Source: Myxococcota bacterium
GTDB taxonomy: Bacteria > Myxococcota_A > UBA796 > SXON01
Reading direction: 5' to 3'
NCBI GenBank assembly: GCA_040386535.1
Contig: JAZKFH010000055.1
Location: 85,343-149,342, forward strand
Length of the DNA stretch: 64,000 nt
A program made the position numbers and the translations under genes. Below, in pieces: positions 28,138-38,234 of the stretch. The notes beneath the pieces were generated by a model. The model was not told the origin of the DNA. It made no database searches and saw only the letters and a program-made list of their open reading frames with translations. Position 1 is the first letter of the stretch; the number at the start of each line of letters is the position of its first letter.

Positions 28138-29178
28138 TCACCCCCCACCCGAAAACCGCCCCCGCAACGCCACCCCAATCGCCCGCGCCACCTTGGGTTG
28201 CGCGGGGAAGTCGAGGTGGGCGTCGTCGGTGTAGTCGGCGGCCGTGAGGGGGGGCTCGGGCGCGATGTCCAGGACCTCGCCGCCGTGGGCCTTCACGTAG
28301 GCGATGCCCTCGCTGTCGGGCTGCACGCCGGCGCCCGGTCGCGAGGGGAGGGACACGAACAACGCCGGGATGCCGCGCCGCCTGGCCTCGTCGAGGAAGG
28401 CCTGGGTCCAATGATAGGGGTCATCGCCGACGGAGAACCAACTCGGGCCGCGCTGGTTTCCAAGGGCGACGGCGCCTCCCTGGGCAGCGGCGCTTCCGGA
28501 AGCAACGGCGCTTCCGGGAGCAACGGCGCCGACGGGTGGAGCGTCGCCCCCCGGCGGAGGCCGATACGCCCCGCGCGGCGCTTCCGTCGGGCTCCCTCCG
28601 CGCATCCCCGGCATCCGCACGCCGAGCGCGGTCCAGAAGCGCCCCCCGAGCCAGGCGCGTTGTCGATACGCGGCCCAGCCCTTGCGCAGGACGGCCTCGC
28701 CGGCGCAGCCGACCTCCAAACAGTTGGTGCGCACCACGCCGGGCAGATCCTGCCACGACACGAGGCCCATGGTCTGGCTCTCCCACGGGTTGGTGAACGC
28801 GCGGAGCTCGTGGTTGGTGAACAGCACGACCACAGCGAGCAGATCGGGGCTGTCGGCCACGTAGCCGGAGAGCAGCAGCGTCCAATCGAGCGGGGCGGTC
28901 TCCTTGAAGGAGAGGTTCCACACGCGCGCGCCGTTGCCCCAGACGGGCTCGATCTCGGCAGGGAGGAACACGTCGCCGTGACACGAGCCGAACGTTACGA
29001 TGTGGGGGCCGTCCACGCCGCGTTTGTAGGGTGACACCCGCTCGTACACCACGTCGGGCGCGCGCTCGACCGCGTAGGCGACCCACGCGTTCATCGCCGT
29101 CACGGCGATCGTGATCGCCACCACGACCCAGGCCGTGCCGAGCGGCCTAGAACTGGAAGTAGATGAACTGGGATTCAA
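28138..29178 (-). CDS. Membrane-anchored SGNH-like (DltD/AlgJ-type) acyltransferase partner
   Basis: N-terminal TM helix, FGSC and C-terminal DDAHL (DxxH); overlaps the MBOAT gene. Confidence 0.6.
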   Translation of the reverse strand: MNPSSSTSSSRPLGTAWVVVAITIAVTAMNAWVAYAVERAPDVVYERVSPYKRGVDGPHIVTFGSCHGDVFLPAEIEPVWGNGARVWNLSFKETAPLDWTLLLSGYVADSPDLLAVVVLFTNHELRAFTNPWESQTMGLVSWQDLPGVVRTNCLEVGCAGEAVLRKGWAAYRQRAWLGGRFWTALGVRMPGMRGGSPTEAPRGAYRPPPGGDAPPVGAVAPGSAVASGSAAAQGGAVALGNQRGPSWFSVGDDPYHWTQAFLDEARRRGIPALFVSLPSRPGAGVQPDSEGIAYVKAHGGEVLDIAPEPPLTAADYTDDAHLDFPAQPKVARAIGVALRGRFSGGG

Positions 29179-30538
29179 AGGAGGCCCCGAGGAAGACGAC
29201 CGCCAGGAAGACCGCGGCGCTGAGCACCGCCTGCGCGGGCCGCGGAAGGCGGAACATCCAGCCCTCCTCGCCCCGAAGATACTGCACCGCGTCCACGAGC
29301 AGCAACGGCGCGACGATCACGATCAGCTGCCCGAGGAGGACTGCCTCGGCGCCCCCGGGCGCGGTCGGGCGCAGGAAGGCGCCGAGCATCGTCCACGCCT
29401 GGGTCATCGAGTTGGCGCGGAACACGAGGAACCCGAGCGCGGTGAAGTGGAACATGGCCACGATCGCGACGGCGCGCACGATGCGGGACGGCGGCAGCGG
29501 CGGCAGGATCCGTTGGAGCGCGAGCGCGGCGCCGTGGTACAGGCCCCACACGAGGTAGGTCCAGTTGGCGCCGTGCCACAAGCCGCCGAGCGCCATGGTG
29601 GTCACGAGCGCCGCGGTGGTGCGGGCGCGGCCGCCGCGGTTGCCGCCGAGCGGGATGTACAGGTAGTCGCGCAGCCATTGGCTCAGCGTGATGTGCCAGC
29701 GGCGCCACAGATCCCGCGGGCTCGACGCGAAAAAGGGCGTCCGGAAGTTCACCGACAGCTCGATGCCCATCCACTTGCCGAGGCCCCGGGCGATGTCGCT
29801 GTACCCGGAGAAGTCGCCGTAGATCTGCCAACAGAACGCGTACGCGCCGAGCAGCACGAGCCCCGCGGTCGGGGCCGGATCGTCGAACACCCGCGCCACC
29901 AGCGCGGCGGCGTTGTCGGCGACGAACAACTTCTTGAAGAAGCCCCACAGGATCAGCCAGGTGCCCTCGGCCATGCGGTCACGGTCGACACGGCGAGGCG
30001 CCTGGAGCTGGGGGATGAGGTCGCGCGCGCGCTCGATGGGGCCCGCCACGAGCTGCGGAAAGAACGACACGAACAGCGCGAAGTCCGCGAGCCGCCGCAC
30101 GGCGGGCACGTGGCGCCGGTACACGTCGATGGTGTAGGCCATCGACTGGAATGTGTAGAACGAGAGGCCCACGGGGAGCACCAGCTCGGGGAACGGCACC
30201 ACCAGCGGCAGCCCGAGCCCCTGGAGCGCCACCTCCAGCTCGTGGGCAAAGAAGCCGAAATATTTGAACGTGGCGAGCACGCCCAGGTTCACCACGACGC
30301 TCGTGATCAGCCACCGCCGTCGTAATTCTGGATTGCTGGTCCCTTCGATACGAAGCCCGATCGCCCAATCCACGGCCGTCGTGAACAGCAGCAACCCGAG
30401 GAAGCGCACGTCCCACCAGCCGTAGAAGAACCACGACGCCAACAACAACACGTGGTTCTGCCCGCGGTGGGGCAGCGCGCGGTACAGCGGGTACACGACC
30501 GCGAAGAAGGCGACGAACGCGAGCGAATTGAACAACAA
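29147..30538 (-). CDS. MBOAT O-acyltransferase (AlgI/DltB family)
   Basis: LFNS..F, LPVGLSFYTFQ, FFPQLVAGPIER, DFSGYSD, WRRWHITLS, GLWHGA and FIYFQF. Confidence 0.95.
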   Translation of the reverse strand: MLFNSLAFVAFFAVVYPLYRALPHRGQNHVLLLASWFFYGWWDVRFLGLLLFTTAVDWAIGLRIEGTSNPELRRRWLITSVVVNLGVLATFKYFGFFAHELEVALQGLGLPLVVPFPELVLPVGLSFYTFQSMAYTIDVYRRHVPAVRRLADFALFVSFFPQLVAGPIERARDLIPQLQAPRRVDRDRMAEGTWLILWGFFKKLFVADNAAALVARVFDDPAPTAGLVLLGAYAFCWQIYGDFSGYSDIARGLGKWMGIELSVNFRTPFFASSPRDLWRRWHITLSQWLRDYLYIPLGGNRGGRARTTAALVTTMALGGLWHGANWTYLVWGLYHGAALALQRILPPLPPSRIVRAVAIVAMFHFTALGFLVFRANSMTQAWTMLGAFLRPTAPGGAEAVLLGQLIVIVAPLLLVDAVQYLRGEEGWMFRLPRPAQAVLSAAVFLAVVFLGASFESQFIYFQF

Positions 30539-30656
30539 GCGCGGGTTCCGCGGGCCGGGGCGCGTATCTTCGCTCCGCGCGCGTGCGGGCGCAAGGCGGG
30601 GAGTGTCGCGGGCGCCGGCTCCTGGGCCGCTCGATCCGAATCTGCGTCGGTCGGTA

Positions 30657-31826
30657 TCAGCGCCCGCCGGTCCGCGACCGGGGGCCCCCGCGCCCGCCAC
30701 GCACGGGCGCCGGGGCCACGCTCCCGTCGGCCAGCAGGGCCAGCAGCGGCGCGTCCCGCGGGGTCACGAGGTTGACCACCAGCCCCTCCTTGCCCGCGCG
30801 CGCGGTGCGCCCCACGCGGTGCAGGTAGGTGTCGAGCTCCCGGGGGAGGTGGACGTTGATCACCCGGGCCACGTGCTCGATGTCGAGCCCGCGCGCGCCG
30901 AGGTCGGTGGAGAGGAGCAGCTCGATCTTGCCCTCGCGGAACGCCTTGAGGTTGGCCCGCCGCTCGACCGGGTCCGTCTCGCCGCGGTGCACGACACAGG
31001 GCCACCCGTTGTCGCGGAGCTGCGTCGCGAGGCTCTCGCACTGGTCGCGCGTGTTGGCGAACAACATGGTGCCGCCGGTCGTGGGCTCGTCGAGGATCTC
31101 GCGGAGCGCGTCGAAGCGCTTTCCGTCCGGCACGTCGACGTGGCGGGTGCGGAGCGTCGGCACCACCTTCTGGCGGCCCGTCGTCTCGATCCGCGTCGCG
31201 TCCGAGAACATGCGGTCCACCAGCTCCTCGACGCCGGGCGACATCGTGGCCGAGAACAGCGCGAGCTGGCGTTGCGACGGACACCCGCGCACCACCTCGA
31301 GCACCTGGGGCAGAAAGCCGAGGTCGAGCAGCTGGTCGGCCTCGTCGAGCACGACGATGCGGACGGCCGCGAGGCTCAGCTGCTCGGACGACACGAGCTT
31401 CTCGAGCCGCCCCGGCGTCGCCACCAGCACCTCGAACGGACCCGCGACCGTCTCCCGGTTCATACGCAGCTTCTGCCCGCCGAGGACCATGCGGACGCGC
31501 AGCCGCGTCTCGTGCGTCAGGCTCTTGAACACCAGCCCGACCTGCTCGCCCAGCTCGCGGGTCGGCACGATCACCACGGCGCGCGGCTCGCTCGGGTCCT
31601 CCACCTTGTTGCCGTCGTCCTCCATCCGCTTGAGCCGGTCGAGGATCGGGAGCACGTAGGTGAGCGTCTTCCCGCTGCCGGTCTCGGCGATGGCGACCAC
31701 GGACTGCCGCGCGAGCATCGCCGGCAACGCGCGCGCCTGGATGTCGGTCAGGGTGACGAGCGAGCGCGCGGCCAGCGTGGCCTGCAGCGACGGAACGAGC
31801 TCGAGCTCGGCAAACGTGGAAGGCAT
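30657..31826 (-). CDS. DEAD-box RNA helicase
   Basis: Q motif, AETGSGKT, PTREL, TPGR, DEAD, SAT, ARGLD and HRVGRTAR. Confidence 0.95.
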   Translation of the reverse strand: MPSTFAELELVPSLQATLAARSLVTLTDIQARALPAMLARQSVVAIAETGSGKTLTYVLPILDRLKRMEDDGNKVEDPSEPRAVVIVPTRELGEQVGLVFKSLTHETRLRVRMVLGGQKLRMNRETVAGPFEVLVATPGRLEKLVSSEQLSLAAVRIVVLDEADQLLDLGFLPQVLEVVRGCPSQRQLALFSATMSPGVEELVDRMFSDATRIETTGRQKVVPTLRTRHVDVPDGKRFDALREILDEPTTGGTMLFANTRDQCESLATQLRDNGWPCVVHRGETDPVERRANLKAFREGKIELLLSTDLGARGLDIEHVARVINVHLPRELDTYLHRVGRTARAGKEGLVVNLVTPRDAPLLALLADGSVAPAPVRGGRGGPRSRTGGR

Positions 31827-31909
31827 GGGCACTCCGGGTGCGGGAACAGCGGCTATCGCGCCGACGCTCCCGCCGCGTGTCTCACGCCCCGCCCGCCTGT
31901 CCCCGTCCC

Positions 31910-34900
31910 TCACTCCCCGCCCGAGCCGCTCCACACGTAGACCGCGCCGGCATCGCGCACGTGCGCGTCGTCGAGCCAGGCCCCGAGGACGAGGTCGGGG
32001 AGGCCGTCCCCCGTCACGTCCCCCGGCTCGTCGGGGAGCCGCCGTCCGAAGTAGCCGTCGCCGCCCGTGTCGCCGAAGAACGTGGCGTCCGCCGCCGACG
32101 CCGGGATCGCGCCCGAGACCGGCCCGTAGAACAGGTAGGCCGCGCCCGCGCCGCTGGCGGCCGTGTCCTGGCTCCCCGCGCCCACCAGCAGATCGTCCGC
32201 ACCGTCCCCGTCCTGGTCGCCGATGGAGACCGCGTCCTCGCCGAACGCGTCCGTGGCGGTCATGCCGTAGAGCGTGGCGGTCGCGGTGGTGGAGAGGGAC
32301 GTGCCCCCCGCGTACACCCAGAGCGCGCCCACGGAGAACGCGGTGCTGTCGTACCCGTAGCCGTGCACGCCCACGTCGGCGTAGCCGTCCCCGTCGAGGT
32401 CGTTCAGGTCGTAGACGCCGTAGCCGGCGTAGTCCGACGTGGCGGAGCCGACGTAGGTCGTGTCGGCGGTGCTGGCCGACAGCGTGCCGGAGAGGTGGGT
32501 GGCGTCGCCGAGGAACAGGTACCCGGACCCGGTGCTCGAGCTCGTTCCGTAGGCTCCAATGAGGAGCTCGTCGAGGCCGTCCCCGTTCATGTCGTCGACC
32601 AGGGAGACGGCGTAGCCGAGGTGGGCGCTCGTGGACATCCCGCGGATGATCGCCTCGGAGGCGCTCGCGGCGCTCGTGCCGGTGCGCCGCGTGGGGGAGC
32701 CGTAGAGCAGGTACGCGGCGCCGGTGGAGGCGGCCGAGCCGGACTGGAGGTAGGCGCCTACGACGATCTCCTCGGTGCCGTCGCCATCCATGTCGCCGCC
32801 CGAAGACACGTTGTGGCCGAGGTAGTCCGAGGCGGTGCCGCCGGTGAGCGTGGCGATCCCCGGCACCACGGCGAGTTGCCTCGAGCCCGTGTATCGGCTC
32901 CCGCCGTACACGACGTAGGCCGCGCCGGCGTACGAGGACATGCCCTCGGCGCCCACGACCAGGTCGTCGGCGCCGTCGCCGTCGTGATCACCGGCCGCCA
33001 CGTGCTGGCCGACGTAGGAGAAGGCCGACGAGCCCGTCAGGAGCGCGCTCGCGGTCTCCGACACCGTGCCCGAGGTCGTGAGCGGGCCGTACCACAACAC
33101 GGCGGCCCCCGTCGTGGGTGTGGGGGTGTCGTAGTAGGGCATCCCGCCGAGGACATCCCCGTCGCCGTCGCCGTCGAAGTCCCCGAGGGCGACCCCGCGC
33201 CCGAGCTGATCGTAGGCGTTGGTGCCGGTGAGCCGGAAGTCCGCCGTCGCCGCGGCCTGGTCGCCGCCGTACCCGCAGTCGCCGGGCTCGTCGTCACAGT
33301 CGTTGTCGGCGCCGTCGCCGCACACCTCCGTGGCGCCCGGGTACACGAGTGCCGAGGTGTCGTCGCAGTCGTCGCCGCTCGCGACGTGACCGGCGGGGAG
33401 GGTGCACGCCACGGTCGTCGCGCCGGCGTCGCCGTAGCCGTCCCCGTCCGTGTCGGCGTACCAGGTGCCCTCCACACCCTCGTCGGTCGCGCCGTCGCAA
33501 TCGTCGTCCACGCGGTTGCACGCCTCGGTCGCCGCCGGGGAGACCGCCGCCGTCGTGTCGTCGCAGTCGATCGCCGCGCTCGCGAGCGCCTCGCCCGCGT
33601 CGGTGCAGTCGGCGTCCGCGGAGGGGAGGGTGAGCCCGGTGCTCGGCCGGTAGCCATCCGCGTCGTCGTCCGCGTAGCAGATCTCGCCGCCGTCGCAGTC
33701 CTCGTCGTCGCCGTTGCCGACGCTCTCCACCGCGCCGACGTGGTCCGACGCGTCGCCGTCGTCGCAGTCCGTCGCGTCGGAGAGCCACACGCCGCCCCCG
33801 TCGCAGCCCGACGCCGCGACCGCGGGATCCCCGAAGCCGTCGCCATCGCCGTCGTAGTAGAACGAGCCCACCTCGGTGGCGCTCGTGTCGTCATCGTCCG
33901 CGCGGCCGTCACAGTCCTCGTCGATGTCCGCGTCGTCGCACGCCTCGACGGCGCCGGGGCTGATGGCCTCGTCGCGGTCGTCGCAGTCCGTCGCGTCCGC
34001 CACGTAGTTGGGAGGCGACTCGCACGCGCGCGTGTCGAACGCTCCGGCCGCGCCGTACCCATCGCCGTCGTAGTCGATGTGCCAGGTGGAGGCGCTCGCC
34101 TCGTCCAGGCTGCCATCCGCGTCGTTCACGTCGCCGTCGCAGTCCTCGTCGGTGTCCGCGTCGTCGCACACCTCGGCGGCGCCGGGATGGATCGCGGCGT
34201 TGCCGTCGTCGCAGTCGGTCGCGTCGGCGACGAACCCCTCGAGCGCGCCGCAGGCCAGGACGGCCACGGTGCCGTCCCCGTACGTGTCCGCGTCCGCATC
34301 CGCGTACCAGGGCACCTCGCCGCTCGCGCCGGCCTCGTCGGTCTCGCCGTCACAGTCCTCGTCCGCCCCGCCACACACCTCGGCGCCGCCGGGAAACGCC
34401 AGGGGATCGGTGTCGTCGCAGTCGTCGCACGCGGCCGTGCCATCCCCGTCCAGGTCGTCGCCGCCGACCGAGCCGTCGCAGTTGTGGTCCACCCGCTCCG
34501 CGCAGCTCTCCGCGGCGCCGGGAAACGAGGCGGCGTCGGCGTCGTCGCAGTCTCCACCCACGGCGGACGTGCCCGCGGGCTGGTCGCAGCTCGCGACGGC
34601 GGTGGCGTCATCGCCGTAGGTGTCGCTGTCCGCGTCCGCGTACCAGAGCGGGGCGTCCGGGGCGTCCTCGTCCACGGTGCCGTCGCAGTCGTCGTCGACG
34701 CCGTCACAGGCCTCCGTCGCGCCGGGGTAGGCGGTCGCGTCCGCGTCGTCGCAGTCCTCGCACGCGACGATGCCGTCCCCGTCGGCGTCGGCGTAGCCCA
34801 CCGAGCCGTCACAATTGAAGTCCACGGTGTCCCCGCAGGCCTCGTCGGCGCCCGGGTAGGTCGCCGCGTCCCCGTCGTCACAGTCGCCCGCGACCGCCAC

Positions 34901-35275
34901 GAACGACGTCGAGGGCGCCTCGCACGCCGCCACCGCCACCTGCTCCACGCCGTACCCGTCGCCGTCGCCGTCGCCGTACCAGGTCCCGGCGTCGGTCGCG
35001 CCCTCGTCCACGGCCCCGTCACAGTCGTCGTCGCGGCCGTTGCAGCGCTCGTCGGCGTCGGGGTTCACCGCCGGGTCGGTGTCGTCGCAGTCGCCGGACG
35101 CCAGGAACCCGTCCGCATCGGCGTCGAGCTCCGTGTCTGTCTCGGTGTCGGTGTCCGTCTCCGAGTCGAGGTCCGTCTCGGTGCCGCCGGATCCCGTGTC
35201 CTTCCCGTCCATCGCGTCGGTGCAGCCGACGAGCGCGAGGGTGAGGAGCAGCCGGGCGAGGGCGCGGTCGAGCAT
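31910..35275 (-). CDS. Surface lipoprotein with ~10 MopE-like Cys/Asp repeats and a C-terminal FG-GAP propeller
   Basis: LVGC lipobox; about 10 DCDD....PGA.E.C...D.DCDG units; GD.DGDG..D..VGA FG-GAP repeats. Confidence 0.9.
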   Translation of the reverse strand: MLDRALARLLLTLALVGCTDAMDGKDTGSGGTETDLDSETDTDTETDTELDADADGFLASGDCDDTDPAVNPDADERCNGRDDDCDGAVDEGATDAGTWYGDGDGDGYGVEQVAVAACEAPSTSFVAVAGDCDDGDAATYPGADEACGDTVDFNCDGSVGYADADGDGIVACEDCDDADATAYPGATEACDGVDDDCDGTVDEDAPDAPLWYADADSDTYGDDATAVASCDQPAGTSAVGGDCDDADAASFPGAAESCAERVDHNCDGSVGGDDLDGDGTAACDDCDDTDPLAFPGGAEVCGGADEDCDGETDEAGASGEVPWYADADADTYGDGTVAVLACGALEGFVADATDCDDGNAAIHPGAAEVCDDADTDEDCDGDVNDADGSLDEASASTWHIDYDGDGYGAAGAFDTRACESPPNYVADATDCDDRDEAISPGAVEACDDADIDEDCDGRADDDDTSATEVGSFYYDGDGDGFGDPAVAASGCDGGGVWLSDATDCDDGDASDHVGAVESVGNGDDEDCDGGEICYADDDADGYRPSTGLTLPSADADCTDAGEALASAAIDCDDTTAAVSPAATEACNRVDDDCDGATDEGVEGTWYADTDGDGYGDAGATTVACTLPAGHVASGDDCDDTSALVYPGATEVCGDGADNDCDDEPGDCGYGGDQAAATADFRLTGTNAYDQLGRGVALGDFDGDGDGDVLGGMPYYDTPTPTTGAAVLWYGPLTTSGTVSETASALLTGSSAFSYVGQHVAAGDHDGDGADDLVVGAEGMSSYAGAAYVVYGGSRYTGSRQLAVVPGIATLTGGTASDYLGHNVSSGGDMDGDGTEEIVVGAYLQSGSAASTGAAYLLYGSPTRRTGTSAASASEAIIRGMSTSAHLGYAVSLVDDMNGDGLDELLIGAYGTSSSTGSGYLFLGDATHLSGTLSASTADTTYVGSATSDYAGYGVYDLNDLDGDGYADVGVHGYGYDSTAFSVGALWVYAGGTSLSTTATATLYGMTATDAFGEDAVSIGDQDGDGADDLLVGAGSQDTAASGAGAAYLFYGPVSGAIPASAADATFFGDTGGDGYFGRRLPDEPGDVTGDGLPDLVLGAWLDDAHVRDAGAVYVWSGSGGE

Positions 35276-35394
35276 CGGGCGATCATCCTGTGAAGCCCGG
35301 AAGGGACCACGCGGGGCGCCTTCGTGTCAAGGAGATGTCAGGCCACGGTGGCGGCGCGAAAGGACGGCGAAATGGTCGGGCCCGAGCCGCACCG

Positions 35395-36654
35395 CTACTC
35401 GAGGTGCTCCCGCACGTACGCGGCCCGCTCGTCCACGAACGCCTCGATCTCCTCCTGATCGCAGCGCTTCTCCCGGCGGGGATCCGCCTCGCACGCATCC
35501 GTCACCAGCTCGGTGCTCGCGGCCAACATCTCCAGAAAGCCCCCGTCCTCCCAGATGTGCAGCACCACCTCGATCTGCTCGCGGAGCTGGCCGGCGCACC
35601 TGTCGTCGCCCCAGCAGCGGCGCACGAGCTCGCCCACGATGGGCGTGGCGTGCCCACCGTAGGGCGAGACCTCCTGCGTGAACGACCGGTCGGTTCCCCA
35701 GGGGAGGAGCACCCAGCGGTCGGAGAGGGCCTGGTGGTACACGTGGTAGTTGTGGTGGTTGAACACGTACCCGTCGTCGTTCCCCGTCACGATGTCCAGC
35801 GCGAGGTAGCGGAGCACCGGCTCCAGATCGAAGCGCTCGGCGAACACGTCGGCGAACGCGTCGCTGTCGGCGCCTTCGAGGGCACGGACCAGGTCGTCCA
35901 TGTCGTCGGGCGTGGGGACGATGCCGCCGTCCACCTGCAGGTCGAACCAGTTGCGCGCCTCGGTGAAGTCGGCGCCGCTGGCCTCGTAGAGGTTTCCGTC
36001 CTTGTCGTCGGGGAACAGGCGCTTCATCAGCCGGCCGTCCATCGTCTCGACCAGCCCGTAGAGGCCGAACGGCTCGCCATTGACCGTCACCCGGGCGTAG
36101 CCGTGGCGGGGCGCGGGGATCGCGAGCGCGCCGGCGAGCCAGTAGTAGGCGTGCTCGCGGAGCATCGTCGCGTCCTGGATCATGTTGTTCAGGGTCAGGC
36201 GCTTGAGCCCGTCGATGCGCCGCTCCCGGTCGTACTGGTGCACGTCGATCTTGAACGAGGCCTTCTGCCGGATCGAGCGGAACGAGCTGCTCCCCTTGAT
36301 CTTGATCCCCGCGTCGTACGCCACGCCGTGCCACGTGAGCACGCCTTGCACCTGCTCGTCCGGGTGGTCGCGGAGGGCGCGGTAGGCCTCGTCGGAGAGG
36401 GAGAGGGCCAAGTCGTGGATCGTCCCCTCGGCGAAGAGCCGATCACCCGGCTCGCCCGGCGCCTCGACGCCCGACCAGGGCTGCGAAGGAAGCTCCGGGA
36501 CCCGCGGAAGGGCAACCTCCCGGTCGACTTGACCCGGGACATCGACGAGCGGGGGATCCGCCGCCGTCAGCCATCCCTCGATCGCGACGCAGCCGAGCGC
36601 GCAGGTGAGGATGAAGCCCACGTTTGCTCCTCGAACACTGCCCAGTGTGAGCAC
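35395..36654 (-). CDS. CotH kinase family protein
   Basis: GIKIKGSSS, SFKID, LTLNN, GLYGLVE, GNDDGY...NY and LPWGTD. Confidence 0.88.
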   Translation of the reverse strand: MLTLGSVRGANVGFILTCALGCVAIEGWLTAADPPLVDVPGQVDREVALPRVPELPSQPWSGVEAPGEPGDRLFAEGTIHDLALSLSDEAYRALRDHPDEQVQGVLTWHGVAYDAGIKIKGSSSFRSIRQKASFKIDVHQYDRERRIDGLKRLTLNNMIQDATMLREHAYYWLAGALAIPAPRHGYARVTVNGEPFGLYGLVETMDGRLMKRLFPDDKDGNLYEASGADFTEARNWFDLQVDGGIVPTPDDMDDLVRALEGADSDAFADVFAERFDLEPVLRYLALDIVTGNDDGYVFNHHNYHVYHQALSDRWVLLPWGTDRSFTQEVSPYGGHATPIVGELVRRCWGDDRCAGQLREQIEVVLHIWEDGGFLEMLAASTELVTDACEADPRREKRCDQEEIEAFVDERAAYVREHLE

Positions 36655-36770
36655 CGCCGGTCGCGTCGGAGCGTCGGGCCCGCCCAGGTGACCGGACGTT
36701 GCACGCGGGGAGGGGCGATTTGTCTGGCATCCCCGCCCCGAACCGGGTACCCGGCGTGCAGGGTGCGGAG

Positions 36771-38225
36771 ATGATCTCCGCAGGTGCCGGGCTGGTCGGG
36801 CCGCCAGCCGTGTGTGTCGAGGCTCCCGTGCGCCCTGTCGATCCGCGTCTTCCCGCGCCCCCCGAGGCGTGGTCCCCCGCTCAACGTGTCGTGCGCGCCG
36901 TCGCCGCGCCGGTCGAGCGCTTCCTCGCCGTCGAGGCCTCGAGCGGGATCCTGCTCCTGGTCGCCGCCGTCTTCGCCCTGTTGTGGGCCAACTCCCCGTG
37001 GCGCGACGCGTACGAGGCGATCTGGACCGCGCCGCTCGGCGTGAGCCTCGGCAGCCTCTCGTTCGAGCGGGACCTGCGCTGGTGGGTGAACGACGGCCTG
37101 ATGGCCATCTTCTTCTTCGTCGTCGGGCTGGAGATCCGCCGCGAGATCCACCACGGCGAGCTCTCGGAGCTCCGGCGCGCCGCCTTGCCGCTCGCCGCCG
37201 CGCTCGGCGGCATGTTGCTCCCCGCGCTGCTCTACACCAGCCTGAACGCGGGCCTGCCCTCCTCGGTGGGCTGGGGCGTCCCGATGGCGACCGACATCGC
37301 GTTCGCCGTGGGCGTGCTCGCGCTGCTCGGGGATCGGGTGGCGCCCTCGCTGCGCATCCTGTTGCTCTCCCTCGCCGTGATCGACGATCTCGGCGCCATC
37401 CTCGTCATCGCCTTCTTCTACTCCGACGGGATCTCGTTCCCCGCGCTCGCCCTCTCTGGCCTGGGGCTGCTCACCATCCCCGTGCTCCAGCGCTTCGGCG
37501 CGCGGTCCCCGCTGCTCTACCTGCCGGGCGCGCTGCTGGCGTGGGGCGGCGCGTACGCCTCCGGGGTCCACCCGACGATCGCGGGGGTGGCGATCGGGCT
37601 GCTCACGCCGGTGACGGCGTGGCTCGGCCCCACCCACTTCGTGGAGGCGGCCGAGCGGGCGGCCAGTGAGGTGCGCGCGGCGACCGAGCGGGGCGCGACC
37701 GACATCCAGGGCCACTTCGGCGCCCTCGCCGAGGCCGCGCGCGAGGCGGTCTCGCCCGTGGAGCGGATGCAGCACATGCTGCACGGCTGGGTCGCGTACC
37801 TCGTCATGCCGCTGTTCGCGTTCGCCAACGCGGGCGTCGCGCTGGGCGACGCCGATCTGTCCGGTGAGTGGCGCGTGTTCGCGGGCGTGTTCCTCGGGCT
37901 GCTCGTCGGCAAGCCCCTCGGCGTGCTCGCCCTCTCCCGGCTCGCCGCCGCGAGCGGGATCGCCGCCGTCCCGAGCGGCATGCGCTGGGCCGAGGTGGCG
38001 GTCGTCGGGCTCGTGGCCGGCATCGGCTTCACCATGGCCCTGTTCATCGCGCAGCTCGCCTTTCCGCCGGGCCCCGCGCTGGAGACCGCCAAGCTCGGCA
38101 TCCTCGCCGCGTCCCTCTGCGCCGGGGTGCTCGGGTACATCGCCGGCCGCCTGATCCTCCGGCGCCCGACTTCGCCCGGAGCGGCCCGCTCGGCGGCCGA
38201 GGCGGAGAGGGCCACGCATGCGTAG
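36771..38225 (+). CDS. nhaA: Na+/H+ antiporter NhaA
   Basis: WVNDGLMAIFFF, ATDIAFA, LAVIDDL, GVHPTIAGV, FAFANAG and GIGFTM; start uncertain. Confidence 0.93.
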   Translation: MISAGAGLVGPPAVCVEAPVRPVDPRLPAPPEAWSPAQRVVRAVAAPVERFLAVEASSGILLLVAAVFALLWANSPWRDAYEAIWTAPLGVSLGSLSFERDLRWWVNDGLMAIFFFVVGLEIRREIHHGELSELRRAALPLAAALGGMLLPALLYTSLNAGLPSSVGWGVPMATDIAFAVGVLALLGDRVAPSLRILLLSLAVIDDLGAILVIAFFYSDGISFPALALSGLGLLTIPVLQRFGARSPLLYLPGALLAWGGAYASGVHPTIAGVAIGLLTPVTAWLGPTHFVEAAERAASEVRAATERGATDIQGHFGALAEAAREAVSPVERMQHMLHGWVAYLVMPLFAFANAGVALGDADLSGEWRVFAGVFLGLLVGKPLGVLALSRLAAASGIAAVPSGMRWAEVAVVGLVAGIGFTMALFIAQLAFPPGPALETAKLGILAASLCAGVLGYIAGRLILRRPTSPGAARSAAEAERATHA

Positions 38226-38234
38226 GGGGGCCTG

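Noticed and set aside
31838..35293. 1151-aa + strand ORF
   Set aside because: Val/Arg-rich antisense shadow of the Asp-rich surface protein.
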